Shown here piece by piece: positions 36,621 to 47,600 of a DNA stretch of 64,000 nucleotides. This DNA comes from an uncultured virus (IMG/VR IMGVR_UViG_3300042456_000185) (taxonomy: Duplodnaviria; Heunggongvirae; Uroviricota; Caudoviricetes; Crassvirales), in IMG/VR virus record IMGVR_UViG_3300042456_000185. One strand, given 5' to 3'. The number at the start of each line of letters is the position of its first letter. Position 1 is the first letter of the stretch. The notes below the pieces were generated by a model. The model saw nothing but the letters and a program-made list of their open reading frames with translations, was not told the origin of the DNA and did not search any database. The translations under genes and the position numbers were made by a program.

Positions 36621-37573
36621 TAAGCGTAGTATATGTTGATGGCCTGCACGGTGTTAACTACCACAGGCTCATCATCCCATTAAAGCGTCTTCAGGAGCAG
36701 GGACACTTCTTCCACTGGATTGACTCACTCAAGGGACTTGCAGAAATTGATCTAGAAAAGGTCGACTACCTGATTGTCTCCCGTAAGCTGAACGTGGAAG
36801 ACCACTCCTTATTTAGAAAGATTCTAGATAAGTATGGTGTGAAGCTGATCCTTGACAATGACGACTACTGGGAGCTGGAGTCTCACAATGCTGCACGTGA
36901 GTTGTACTTCCGATACTTCGCCAAGGAGATCAAGGGTACGATTAAGATTGCAGACATCATCTGGTCTCCTTCTCATATCCTAATAAATGAGATGCGTAGG
37001 TTGAATCCTAGAGCTAAGTATTACTACGTTCCCAATGGAATTGATCCCGATGACCCGCAGTGGGATATTCAGAAGATTCCAAGCGAGGAGGTCCGATTCG
37101 GATACCTTGGAGCTATGGGACACGGTAAGGACTTGGATTTGATGGGCTACGACTTCTCTGATAAGGAGATGTACAGCGTTATGCTTGAGGACTACCCTGA
37201 TAAACTTGGAGCCAAGTATGTTATGTCTCCATCTGATACGTTTAGCTACGGACGTGCATACGAGTACTTCGATGTGTCTTTAGTCCCGCTGAACAATACC
37301 AAGTTCAACAACTGCAAGTCCGACCTCAAGATTTCTGAGGCTGGATTCTCTAAGACTGCAGTAATTGCATCTAACGTCACCCCATACAAACAGGTGATTG
37401 AACACGGTGTGACTGGCATCTTAGTAAAGGACAAGGGAGAGTGGAAGGAAGCTATTGAGTCTATGACTATGCCAGAAGCAAACAGACTTGCAAATAATCT
37501 GTATGACTACTGCGTGGAACACTACCACATAGACAAACTCAACCAGATTCGCATAAACTCTATGATTAAGTAA
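36617..37573 (+). CDS. Glycosyltransferase, GT-B fold (GT4-like)
   Basis: ILDNDDYW, YVPNGID and PLNNTKFNNCKSDLKISEAG...VIASNVTPY...TGILV. Confidence 0.85.
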   Translation: MISVVYVDGLHGVNYHRLIIPLKRLQEQGHFFHWIDSLKGLAEIDLEKVDYLIVSRKLNVEDHSLFRKILDKYGVKLILDNDDYWELESHNAARELYFRYFAKEIKGTIKIADIIWSPSHILINEMRRLNPRAKYYYVPNGIDPDDPQWDIQKIPSEEVRFGYLGAMGHGKDLDLMGYDFSDKEMYSVMLEDYPDKLGAKYVMSPSDTFSYGRAYEYFDVSLVPLNNTKFNNCKSDLKISEAGFSKTAVIASNVTPYKQVIEHGVTGILVKDKGEWKEAIESMTMPEANRLANNLYDYCVEHYHIDKLNQIRINSMIK

Positions 37574-37582
37574 TCGGTGTAA

Positions 37583-37656
37583 GCCCCTGTAGCTCAATTG
37601 GATAGAGCAACGCACTTCTAATGCGTAGGTTGATGGTTCAAATCCATCCGGGGGTA
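37583..37656 (+). tRNA. tRNA-Arg (UCU)
   Basis: Cloverleaf: acceptor GCCCCTG/CGGGGGT, anticodon arm ACGCA-CTTCTAA-TGCGT, T arm GATGG-TTCAAAT-CCATC; no encoded CCA. Confidence 0.93.
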
Positions 37657-37678
37657 CTAACACCATAAAATAAAAATT

Positions 37679-38212
37679 ATGATTCATATCATCACACCCT
37701 GCCATAGACCTGAGAACCTGGATACAATTAAGCAGTCTATACCTGCCGAATGTAACTGGGTTATAGTTTATGATAAACTTATGGACGACCATCCAGACAT
37801 TGATGGAGCTGTAGTAATGCGTTCAGGTATGACTGGTGCGTTCGGAGCCCATAACAGAAACCACGCCCTAGAGAACTATCCCTTCCAGGATGAGGACTGG
37901 GTAGCATTTATGGACAGCGATAACATCGTTCACCCTGAATGGTACGAGTCTATAAAACCTCACCTAGATAAGGATTTTGCTATGATAACCTGGGGACAGA
38001 TTGTAAAAAGTGGAGAAAAGCGTCTCGTTCCTGTGACAATTCCACAAGTAGGTAACATTGACTCAGCCTCATATATCGTCAAGTGGAAGTACGCAAAGAA
38101 GTTCCGATGGTCAGAGAACTACACCCACGATGGTGAGTATGCTGAGGAAGTAGCTAAGCAGGGACGAGTACTAGCTCTAAACAAGTACATTGCGTACTAC
38201 AACTACATTTAG
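37679..38212 (+). CDS. Glycosyltransferase, GT-A fold (GT2-like)
   Basis: IITPCHRPENL, RNHALE and FMDSDN (DxD). Confidence 0.8.
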   Translation: MIHIITPCHRPENLDTIKQSIPAECNWVIVYDKLMDDHPDIDGAVVMRSGMTGAFGAHNRNHALENYPFQDEDWVAFMDSDNIVHPEWYESIKPHLDKDFAMITWGQIVKSGEKRLVPVTIPQVGNIDSASYIVKWKYAKKFRWSENYTHDGEYAEEVAKQGRVLALNKYIAYYNYI

Positions 38213-38214
38213 TA

Positions 38215-38679
38215 ATGGGTACGGAGGGAGGAAAATTCATCAAGGAATCATACGAAGAAGAAAACGATTGGTCAATAGAGCACTTCTCACGCATTCTACA
38301 GATGAGGGAGTATGAAGTGCTAAATAAACCAAAAGAAGACTACAGAGTTGATATAACAGCCTTTAAAGACGGCAAAGAGAGTTACTACGAAGTTGAGGTA
38401 AAGAAAGGTTACCCATTTACTAGTGAGGAAGACTTCAAGTTCCCAACCGTATCTTTCCTTGCTAGGAAGAAGAAGTGGGCAGAGATTGGATTCTGGTACG
38501 TTATCATATGCAAGGAGACTCTGAGTATGGTTATGTGCCACAGCGATGAAATCTTTAAGGATGAATACAGAGTACATAGAAACGTAAGTACCTCACAGAG
38601 AAAGGGTTCTGATATTATGTATCACGTACCAAAAGAGAAGTGCACATTTATTACTTGGAATGACTTGACGGAAGCGTGA
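38215..38679 (+). CDS. Putative PD-(D/E)XK nuclease
   Basis: YRVDI...YEVEVKK. Confidence 0.6.
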   Translation: MGTEGGKFIKESYEEENDWSIEHFSRILQMREYEVLNKPKEDYRVDITAFKDGKESYYEVEVKKGYPFTSEEDFKFPTVSFLARKKKWAEIGFWYVIICKETLSMVMCHSDEIFKDEYRVHRNVSTSQRKGSDIMYHVPKEKCTFITWNDLTEA

Positions 38680-38723
38680 TAAGTGTTATCTTCGCAACCC
38701 TTTAACCAAAAACAAAAACACCT

Positions 38724-39722
38724 ATGGGACTATTTGATGAGCGGATCCCCTACAAGCCGTTCGATTACCCCGTCTACTATACTGACGGATGGCTTAAACA
38801 AGCACAAGCCTTCTGGCTACATACAGAAATTCCTATGCAGAACGACTTAAAGGACTTCAGGGAGAATCTGTCAGACGATGAGAGGCAAGTTGTAGGAAAC
38901 ATTCTACTTGGTTTCGCCCAGACAGAATGTGCAGTCGGTGACTACTGGACAACGATGGTTACCAAGTGGTTCCCAAAGCACGAGATTCGTCAGATGGCAA
39001 TGATGTTCGGATCCCAGGAAACCATACACGCTGCTGCATATAGTTACCTGAACGACACACTCGGCCTTGAGGACTATGAAGCATTTATGCACGATGAGGT
39101 TATGGCTAAGCGATTTGAGAACTTAGTCAACACCAAGGCAGACTACACTCACGAGGACCTGAAGGCATCTGAGGAGGCACGTAAGGACGTTGCTCGCTCT
39201 ATCGCTATCTTCTCCGCCTTTGCCGAGGGAGTTGCTCTATACTCTTCCTTTGCGGTCCTGTACTCCTTCCAGATGCGTAATCTGTTGAAGGGGATTGGCC
39301 AGCAGATGAAGTGGTCAGTTCGTGACGAGTCGCTGCATAGCAATATGGGTGTCGCTCTGTTCAATCATATGTGTGACGAGTACCCGGAGCTGCGTGAGGC
39401 TGTACGTGAAGATGTGCAACAGGCTGCTGCATTAATGCTTCAGATGGAGATGTTCTTTATTGATGGTATCTTCCAGATCGAGAAAGCCTCACTTGAGAAC
39501 CTGAGCGCAAGTGATCTGAAGAACTTCATCAAGCACCGCACCAATACGAAGCTGATGGAACTTGGCTACGAATCTACTTACAAGGTAGACGAGGAAGCAC
39601 TAGAGCGTATGGAGTGGTTCGGTCATTTAACAGGTGGCGTGACACACACCGACTTCTTCGCTATGCGCCCTACTGACTACAGCAAGGCAAATGAGGGAGA
39701 AGACTTTGAATCAATTTGGTAA
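38724..39722 (+). CDS. nrdB: Ribonucleotide reductase class I beta subunit
   Basis: ETIHAAAY, FAEGVALYSSF, RDESLH and TDFFAMRPTDYSK. Confidence 0.95.
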   Translation: MGLFDERIPYKPFDYPVYYTDGWLKQAQAFWLHTEIPMQNDLKDFRENLSDDERQVVGNILLGFAQTECAVGDYWTTMVTKWFPKHEIRQMAMMFGSQETIHAAAYSYLNDTLGLEDYEAFMHDEVMAKRFENLVNTKADYTHEDLKASEEARKDVARSIAIFSAFAEGVALYSSFAVLYSFQMRNLLKGIGQQMKWSVRDESLHSNMGVALFNHMCDEYPELREAVREDVQQAAALMLQMEMFFIDGIFQIEKASLENLSASDLKNFIKHRTNTKLMELGYESTYKVDEEALERMEWFGHLTGGVTHTDFFAMRPTDYSKANEGEDFESIW

Positions 39723-39734
39723 TATAATTAAGTA

Positions 39735-41510
39735 ATGAAGAATCACGGAGAACAGTTTGGGTGGGTCCTAGGTGTGGACCTGCCCGAATGGGGTAACACA
39801 GAGGTGTATGTTAAGACGATATCCAAGGGGTATCTTATTGGGAATGAGACACCTAGAGATGCTTATATGCGAGTAGCTACAGCAGCGTCAAACAGACTAA
39901 AGGCTCCAAACCTGAAGGCTAAGTTCTTTGAGCTGATGTGGGACAACTGGCTCGGACTTGCCACACCTGTACTTGCCAATATGGGTACAGACCGTGGGCT
40001 TCCTATCTCTTGCTTCGGTATCGATGTAGGTGACAGCATTCAGGAGATTGGTACCAAGAACCTTGAGATGATGCTGTTGGCAAAGCACGGGGGAGGAGTA
40101 GGCGTGGGTATGAATATGATCCGCCCTGCAGGTTCGTCAATCGCAAACGGAGAAGGGACTACAGACGGAGTAGTTCCATTCTGTAAGATATACGACAGCT
40201 CTATCCTAGCCACATCGCAGGGCAACGTGCGTAGAGGTGCGGCATCTGTAAACCTGAACATTGAACACCAAGACTTCTATGACTTCTTGGAGATCAGAGA
40301 GCCAAAGGGAGATGTAAACCGTCAGTCTCTAAACCTGCACCAGTGCGTTGTAGTTGGAGACAAGTTTATGCGGAAGCTGGAAGAGGGAGACGCAGAGGCA
40401 CGTAAGCGTTGGTCCAAGGTTCTGCAAAAGCGTAAGGCAACAGGAGAGCCGTACATTATGTACAAGGGCAACGTAAACAAGAACAACCCTGAGATGTACA
40501 AGCACAACGGCCTGAAGGTCTTTATGACAAACATCTGCTCCGAGATCGCTCTGCACACAGACGAATCGCACAGCTTTGTATGCTGCCTGTCTTCTATGAA
40601 CCTAGCCAAGTATGACGAGTGGTGCAACACAGACGCTGTATACTACTCTACAATGTTCTTGGACGGAGTTATGGAGGAGTTCATTCAGAAGGCTAAGACG
40701 ATGCGTGGATTTGAGAATGCTGTCCGGTCTGCTGAGAAGGGACGTGCTCTTGGTCTTGGTGTACTTGGGTGGCATACCTACTTGCAGCAGCGTGGCCTGC
40801 CGTTCGAGGGTCTTGCCGCACAACTTGAGACAAGACGTGTATTCTCGCACATCAAGATGGAAGCAGAACGTGCTAGCCGTGATATGGCCCGCACCTATGG
40901 AGAGCCATTGTGGTGCCGAGGTTTCGGTATGCGTAACACGCACCTGATTGCCATCGCACCTACCGTATCTAACTCTAAGCTGTCAGGTAATGTGTCCGCA
41001 GGCATTGAACCTTGGGCAGCAAACGTGTTCACTGAGCAGTCTGCTAAGGGTACGTTTATCCGAAAGAACCCAGAGTTGGAGCGTGTGTTAAGTAAGATTG
41101 GCAAGAACACCAGAGAGGTATGGGAACAGATTCTAGTGGACGGTGGTTCCGTACAGAACCTAGACTTCCTGGATGAGTGGGTCTATGTTAACGGAAAGAT
41201 GAAGGAGGTTAGTAAAGTCAACGTGTTTGAGACTGTTGACAAGTTGAAAGACATCTTTAAGACGTTCAAAGAAATCAATCAGCTTGAATTGGTACGCCAG
41301 GCCGCTCTGCGCCAGAGCTATATCGATCAATCACAATCACTTAACCTTGCCTTCCCATCCGAGGCCACGCCAAAATGGATTAACCAAGTCCATATGGAAG
41401 CTTGGAAGTTAGGCGTGAAGACGCTGTACTATATGCGTACAGAATCTGTCCTTCGTGGCGACATAGCCACGAGAGCAATGGACCCAGACTGCGTAAGCTG
41501 TGACGGGTAG
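39735..41510 (+). CDS. nrdA: Ribonucleotide reductase class I alpha subunit
   Basis: PISCF, TNICSEI, IAPTVSNS, KTLYYMR and C-terminal CVSCDG. Confidence 0.95.
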   Translation: MKNHGEQFGWVLGVDLPEWGNTEVYVKTISKGYLIGNETPRDAYMRVATAASNRLKAPNLKAKFFELMWDNWLGLATPVLANMGTDRGLPISCFGIDVGDSIQEIGTKNLEMMLLAKHGGGVGVGMNMIRPAGSSIANGEGTTDGVVPFCKIYDSSILATSQGNVRRGAASVNLNIEHQDFYDFLEIREPKGDVNRQSLNLHQCVVVGDKFMRKLEEGDAEARKRWSKVLQKRKATGEPYIMYKGNVNKNNPEMYKHNGLKVFMTNICSEIALHTDESHSFVCCLSSMNLAKYDEWCNTDAVYYSTMFLDGVMEEFIQKAKTMRGFENAVRSAEKGRALGLGVLGWHTYLQQRGLPFEGLAAQLETRRVFSHIKMEAERASRDMARTYGEPLWCRGFGMRNTHLIAIAPTVSNSKLSGNVSAGIEPWAANVFTEQSAKGTFIRKNPELERVLSKIGKNTREVWEQILVDGGSVQNLDFLDEWVYVNGKMKEVSKVNVFETVDKLKDIFKTFKEINQLELVRQAALRQSYIDQSQSLNLAFPSEATPKWINQVHMEAWKLGVKTLYYMRTESVLRGDIATRAMDPDCVSCDG

Positions 41511-41537
41511 AAAGAGGGGCCTACGGGCCCCTTTTTC
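41511..41537. terminator. Intrinsic terminator between the convergent arms
   Basis: aaagAGGGGCC-tacg-G-GCCCCT-ttttc hairpin with flanking A and T tracts. Confidence 0.8.
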
Positions 41538-41539
41538 AT

Positions 41540-41674
41540 TTACCCCTGTCCTACATACGCCTTCTTGTAGTTGGTGGCGTTCTTGCTCTTGGAGTGCTTA
41601 GTCTTAGCGTGTACTCCCTTGCGCTTCTTCTTTGGTTTTGGAACAAAGGCTGTTCCTTCTTTAGCTTTAGCCAT
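41540..41674 (-). CDS. Small very basic protein, 44 aa
   Basis: Read manually: MAKAKEGTAFVPKPKKKRKGVHAKTKHSKSKNATNYKKAYVGQG. Confidence 0.75.
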   Translation of the reverse strand: MAKAKEGTAFVPKPKKKRKGVHAKTKHSKSKNATNYKKAYVGQG

Positions 41675-41675
41675 C

Positions 41676-44600
41676 TTATTTCATTTTACCTCTTAATACA
41701 TAAGCTTCCTCATCCTTGTTAAGATATCGCTTTACTGCGCTCTTAGCATTACTCTTAAGATCTTTATTTCCGTAGTACTGAGAAATCTTCGTTAGCGCCA
41801 AGTATTCTTCTCTCATATCGCTCAGTGCCTCGAATCTGTTCTCTCTAGCGTCTCCCTTAAGCTTAGTATACTGCTCGTCTTTAGTAATACCATTACTAGA
41901 CTCTTTCACAATATAGTAGAACTGCTTACCAGCGTTAGACTCGTAGTCCCTAACTGCAATCCGCTTAACAAAACGGGTAAGGAACTCCTGAGTCCAATTA
42001 AGTTCTGGGTTATCTTCAACAGCCTTAGATGCGTCCCTTCCTGAAGAGTATGCAGATGGAGGAGCTATAGTGCTCTTTATACTGTGCCCAGCCAGCTTTA
42101 GTGCCTTTGTATACAATGGATCGTAACTCTCGTACAAATCTCCAGCATATTCATTCTTTCCAGTGAAGATCGATACAAGTAATTCAACAGCCATATTAGG
42201 CTGGACATCAGCAGCCAGTGATTTAATAGCGCCCTCTAACTCGCCATTAGATAGTTGAAATATAGTGTTAGTGATGTCTCCATACGTATCCTCCATAGAC
42301 AAATCGTAGTAAGCGATTCTACCGTCAGGATATACTTTCTTCACTACAAGGTTGTGACCGTCCATCCAGTTGGCTCTTAGTTTAAGGGCATCTTCATACA
42401 GTTCTTCATCATCGCCTAGGAACATAGATGACAGCATAGCAGGAACTACGTATGCCATAGATAATGCAGTCGAAGCCCCCATCAATTTAGATACACCACT
42501 GATTGCATACGCTTTTCTCTGTACGCTAGACAGCTTAGGATCAGTGCTCTTCTTAATGTCTTCTACAGCTGTAATGAACACGTTAGATATAGATCTAGCG
42601 GCCTCAAGTTTAAATGACAAGAAGTCACCAACAGGGAACTTTGCAATTTTCTTGTATAACGGCGGGAGTCTTGAGAACGTAGGAGTAGTGCTCTTAATCT
42701 CCTCTGCTAACGCAGCATCAGATTTATACTGTTCAGCTTCAGTTAATTCGCTAAACGGCTTACCGAACATCTTATTAGCAGCGTTGTCACGTTTGTTTCT
42801 GAAAATGACCATCTTGGTGTAGTCGTCAATTGCAGAGTACTTCTCTCCTAGCTTAGCGTCAGCAGATTTAATGTAACTAGAAGCCTTTTCAAGTAGTTTT
42901 GTATCCCCAGTAAGTGAAGATACATATATGGAGTTTAGGTTTCCTACAATATCCGCATTAACGTCAGTTCCGACAAGTCCAAACTCAGCCATACGGTCAA
43001 GCAGTGCTGTAACTTCAGGATCTTCTTTCCCAGCCAAAAACTTAGCCCTGTTTATTAAATCTGTTATAGTTGAAGTATTGATTACACCATTGGCTAGCAT
43101 AATTTGCCATCCACCAGTAATGTTCTTTCTCCAGGTTGGTGAGTTGTATATAACCTTACTTTTTCTGGAAAGCTTTAGGATGTTGAAATATCCCTGTATC
43201 CAAGCTATATCAGATGAGTATATGTCCTCGTTATTGATTACATCGAATACGTCCTTATGTACGTACATATCATTTAACGGAGAGAACTTATCATTCACCT
43301 TGATGAACTCTCTAGACTTAATCTGTCCATCTGTAACCTGATCAGCAGTCTTGATTGAATCAGCGCCAAGTGAGGTGACAATCTTGTATACCATCTCTCC
43401 CTTATACTTGATATTGGCAAGAGCTACAGCAGTGTCTACAAATCTAACTACAGGATCCTTCTCAACTCCAAGCAGCTGCTGGATGTATTCAGGAACAGTT
43501 TTCTTTCCAGACAACTGATCGGAAGGAATCTTAATCTGTCCAGAAGTTACCACCCCAGAAGCCTTGAACTCTGGCGTATTTCTAATCCTCTCAATTTCAG
43601 CAATATATTCGTCAATCTGCTTTTCTGCCTTGCGGAGGATTTTGTCTCGGCTTGAGTTGATCTTTACCTCAGCATCATCTGGTGACATTCCCTCCTTCAA
43701 CAGCTTATCAAGTTCATATGCAATGTTGCTATCAAACTGGTGAGCAATAGCCTCCCTACGCATAGCCTTGTCTATCGTATAGTTCTTGTCCTTCCAGAAT
43801 CTGTACGAAGTTCTAAGATATGTACCGATATTGGTCTGGATTGTAGCCTTCAAGGCATCTGGAAGAGCCATAAATGAAGGGCTGGTAGTCAAGTCGCTAG
43901 ACATAGAGTCAACGAAAGCCCGCATATCAGTAAGCAAATCGAAAATCTGTTCTCCCTTTGGACTCTTGTCGATAATATCGTATGAGTTAGCAAGGTCTCC
44001 TGATAGATACGCAGTTACTGCCAATCTCAGTTCATCATTCTTTCCAAGCAACTTATTAAGAGCCTCTGCCTGTACACGAATCTTCTTACCAGCTCTACCT
44101 ACCATAGATTGTTGTGTCTCTTTGTATGAGCGTACAAGCTGCTGCTCTGGAGTCAGGACAAATGCACGGAGCGCATTGTCTTTAACCTTCTGCATAGCAG
44201 TAGGCTTAACCGCTCCTTCTGTGGCTAGTTCATCAACAATAATCATCGCATCTACTGACGGTCTTGATTTTTTGTTTGACTTAGCTATAGCTTTATCCAG
44301 ATCTTCTTTAGTGCCCCACTTATAGGAAGTCCTAAAAGAAATTGCATTTCCTTCAGAGTCTTTTATTATGGAATAGTTATCATTTTTAGGATCGGTATAG
44401 TCTATTCCAAACTCATTAGCTTTTTCGTCTCTTGGATCTACGCCTCCTTCATACATATACCCATCAGAGTGAGCAACAGACACTTGATCAAACTCTTTCC
44501 TGAAAGCTTCAGCATCTTCCATAGTCATATCTGGCACAAGGAAGCTATTCTCCTTATTTTCAAATACGCCATAGATTTTTGTGTAGTTTCCATACCCTCT

Positions 44601-47600
44601 TTCAGTAAGCCACTCCTCAGCTCTAGCAGTTCTAGCATCGTTGTCTTCTACGGTGTTAGCTGCTTGTGGGTTTTCTGCAGACATAAGTGCATATTTGCCC
44701 TTGTTGATTATTGCTTCAATCTGGGATTTAGTATATGGACTATTGTCAAGTTCGTCTAGTTCTGACTTGCTAAAACTTTTTTTACCTCCATCAAACTTAG
44801 AGCTTCTAGCCTCAAAGCCATCAATCTGAGAGAACTCTTCTGGGAGCAGACCAATCTTCTGATCAGCGAATGAAGTGATTTCGTAGATCTCCTCAGCAAC
44901 TTTAATAGCCTCTTCAATCTTTCCCTCATCACGTAACTTCCTAGCCTTCTCTCTGAGCTTGTCTGCCTTTTCGTTAACACCAGAGAAGTTTACGTATGAG
45001 TTCTGTCCACGAGTCTCCGAAGTCATAGCACGTCTGGCCAACGGGGAGAACATACGAGCGTGTACGTTCCAAGCGTTTTCCTCACCTAACGGGCCGAAAG
45101 AGTTGCCAAGCTCAGCGTGTCCGTAGAAGTCGTGAACAGCTCTAAACAAGTCATTGATAAGCATAGGCTCACCGTTGACATCCTTGAACTTAGTAGTATC
45201 CAGTAATGGGTTCTCCTTTCTTTGCTTAGCAGTAATTGGAGTATCTCCGAATCCAGACTCGGTAGAGAAAATCTTGATGCGCTTGTTTTTCCTCAAGTCA
45301 TCAATCATCTCCTGAGAGTTAGCATATGGCTCCTCGTTATTAATCTCAACGGTGTACCCAGCGTCCAGGAAGGCGTTGTACTGGTCAACAGTCTCCTTAG
45401 ATAGTGCTTCATATGCAGCAGCAACTTCTGGATCGTTTGGCGAATGTTTCATCGCATCAAACGCATCACTGATACGCTTTGCTCTGGCTTTGTCTAGCGT
45501 CCTCGTCCCTTCAAACGTAGGTCTTTCAGTTCCGAAAGCTCCTTTGAAATACTTGTCCGCAATGCTCTTAACTGCCTTGAGTGGCTCATTGAAGAGTCTG
45601 TTGCCTGCTGCAGGTCGTTTTGTTTCTTTTCCATCTTGTTGTGTTTTATTTACAGTAGGTTCCGATACACGAAGTGTGCCTCTTGAAACTCCGGGCATAT
45701 TGCTAAGGCCAAGATCCGTGGCATACTTGTTCTTATCTCCCTCTCTCGCTGCAAGTGATACGATTTTTCCGTTTGTGGTTTCCGCTACTGGAATTGCTTC
45801 CATTGCTAGTTGAGCGTCATCGATGAGAATCATTTCAATACCACCTTCCTCTGACTCAATAACAGCTGGATACGATTCGTGAAATAGAAACCCGTCCTTT
45901 TCAATAGATGTCTTTCTAGCTACTACTGGCTTAGTTACTTTGATTAAGGAAACAATTGAACCTCTAGGCATACCATCTAAGATCGGATCAGCCAACATAG
46001 CAGCCAATTGGTCAGAAGTCACAACGCCATTAAGCTTGGCATTGTTTTTACCTCCAGGTGTGGTATTCCCAAGAAGCTCGGTAATAAAAGCTTTTCTACT
46101 CTCAAAGGCCCCACTTTCTACAGAGAACTTGTCCAACAGAATGTCGGTATTCTCCTTTACAGTCTGTGCGTTTACATCTGACAAATCAACGCCAGCTTTC
46201 TTTCCAGCATTTTTTACTTGATCCAAGAAAGCCTTGTTGCTAAGCTTCTTCTTGTCGGCAGCTTGGTTGATCAACTTCATCGCAACACTAAAGTATGTAT
46301 AGTTACTTTTGTGCGAAACTTCAGACATAATAACAGGAGCAACAAGTGCATAACCACGCTCTTTAATCTGTCTGTTTATCTGGCCAACCAGAGGGGCTGC
46401 TTTTGATAGTTTAGATGCCGCCCAAACTTTTTTAGTCTGTGCGGGATATCCAAATCCTCCTTTCAGTTCTACTTTCTCGCCAGAAGGAAGGGTGTACGAT
46501 CCAGCCGCTAGCCTGTCGGACTGAGTAGTGAGAACAGTCTCACCATCGTAATCCATAGAGGATACAGTCTGAGTCGGGAAGTTCTTAGATCGCTCCAGAT
46601 TCTCTCTCTTGGCCTTGGGATCAACATTGCCTACAGATTTGCTACTAGATGGTCTAAATGTTCCAGTTAGAACCTCATTGAATACAGGATTGAAAGAAGA
46701 TCCAGTGCTAGCTGCTTTTGCAAACGAGTTCATAAAGTCTACCACTTCCTTGGTAGTAGCTGCTTCCTTAAACACGGGGTCCATACCCATAGCCTTGGCA
46801 ATCTTGTTGAAGAAATTTGCCAGCTTAGATGCCATACCTTGCGTGATAGACTTGGCATCAGAAGTCATAATGCCAGCGAGTTCAGCTAGGAACTCTTCAC
46901 TGACAACAGCATCAGCATCTCCTTCATACTTAGATACGTGATCCTTTACACGCTTGGCAATAGCCTTTTCAGAAGCCGTGCCTGACTCAAGTACTTTAGC
47001 TAGTCTGTTAGAGAAGTCGATAGCAGTCTTTGCATCTTGAGCGTAAACTCTAAAGAAAGCAGCGTGGAACAGCTCGTGATAAGCTGTAACAGCATCTGCC
47101 TTACTGGTATTGATTACAATTTCAACTTTACCTGTATTCTTGTTCTGGAAGATTCTCCCCTTGTCAGAGCCATTTTCTTTTGCATCTACGTCAGCCATAT
47201 TAGCCTTGTAGTAATCAGCGGCTTCTGCGTCAGAGTCTACGAATACATACGTGGCATCAGGAATAATACTAGAGAGAGTCTTAGAGGCTCTACGTACAGC
47301 ATTGTATAGACTTCCCTTCTGGGGATCTGAAGCTGTTCTTGCTTTGATCTCCTGGGTAGTGGCTTGTTTACCTACTACTCCTCCGACTCTAGGTCCATCT
47401 CCTCCGACAGTATCATCGACAGTATCTCCAACTGCTTCTTCTGTGGTAGTTTCTGGAGTTTGCTCAAGAGCGACTCTTGCTGATTCGATTTCTCTTCTTG
47501 CTTTTTCATTTTGTTGTAGCATTTGCTCAACTCTTGCAGACTGTTCTGGTGAGGTTGAGAAGTTTAACATTATTTGGTATGCAGCATCTACTGCATCTTG

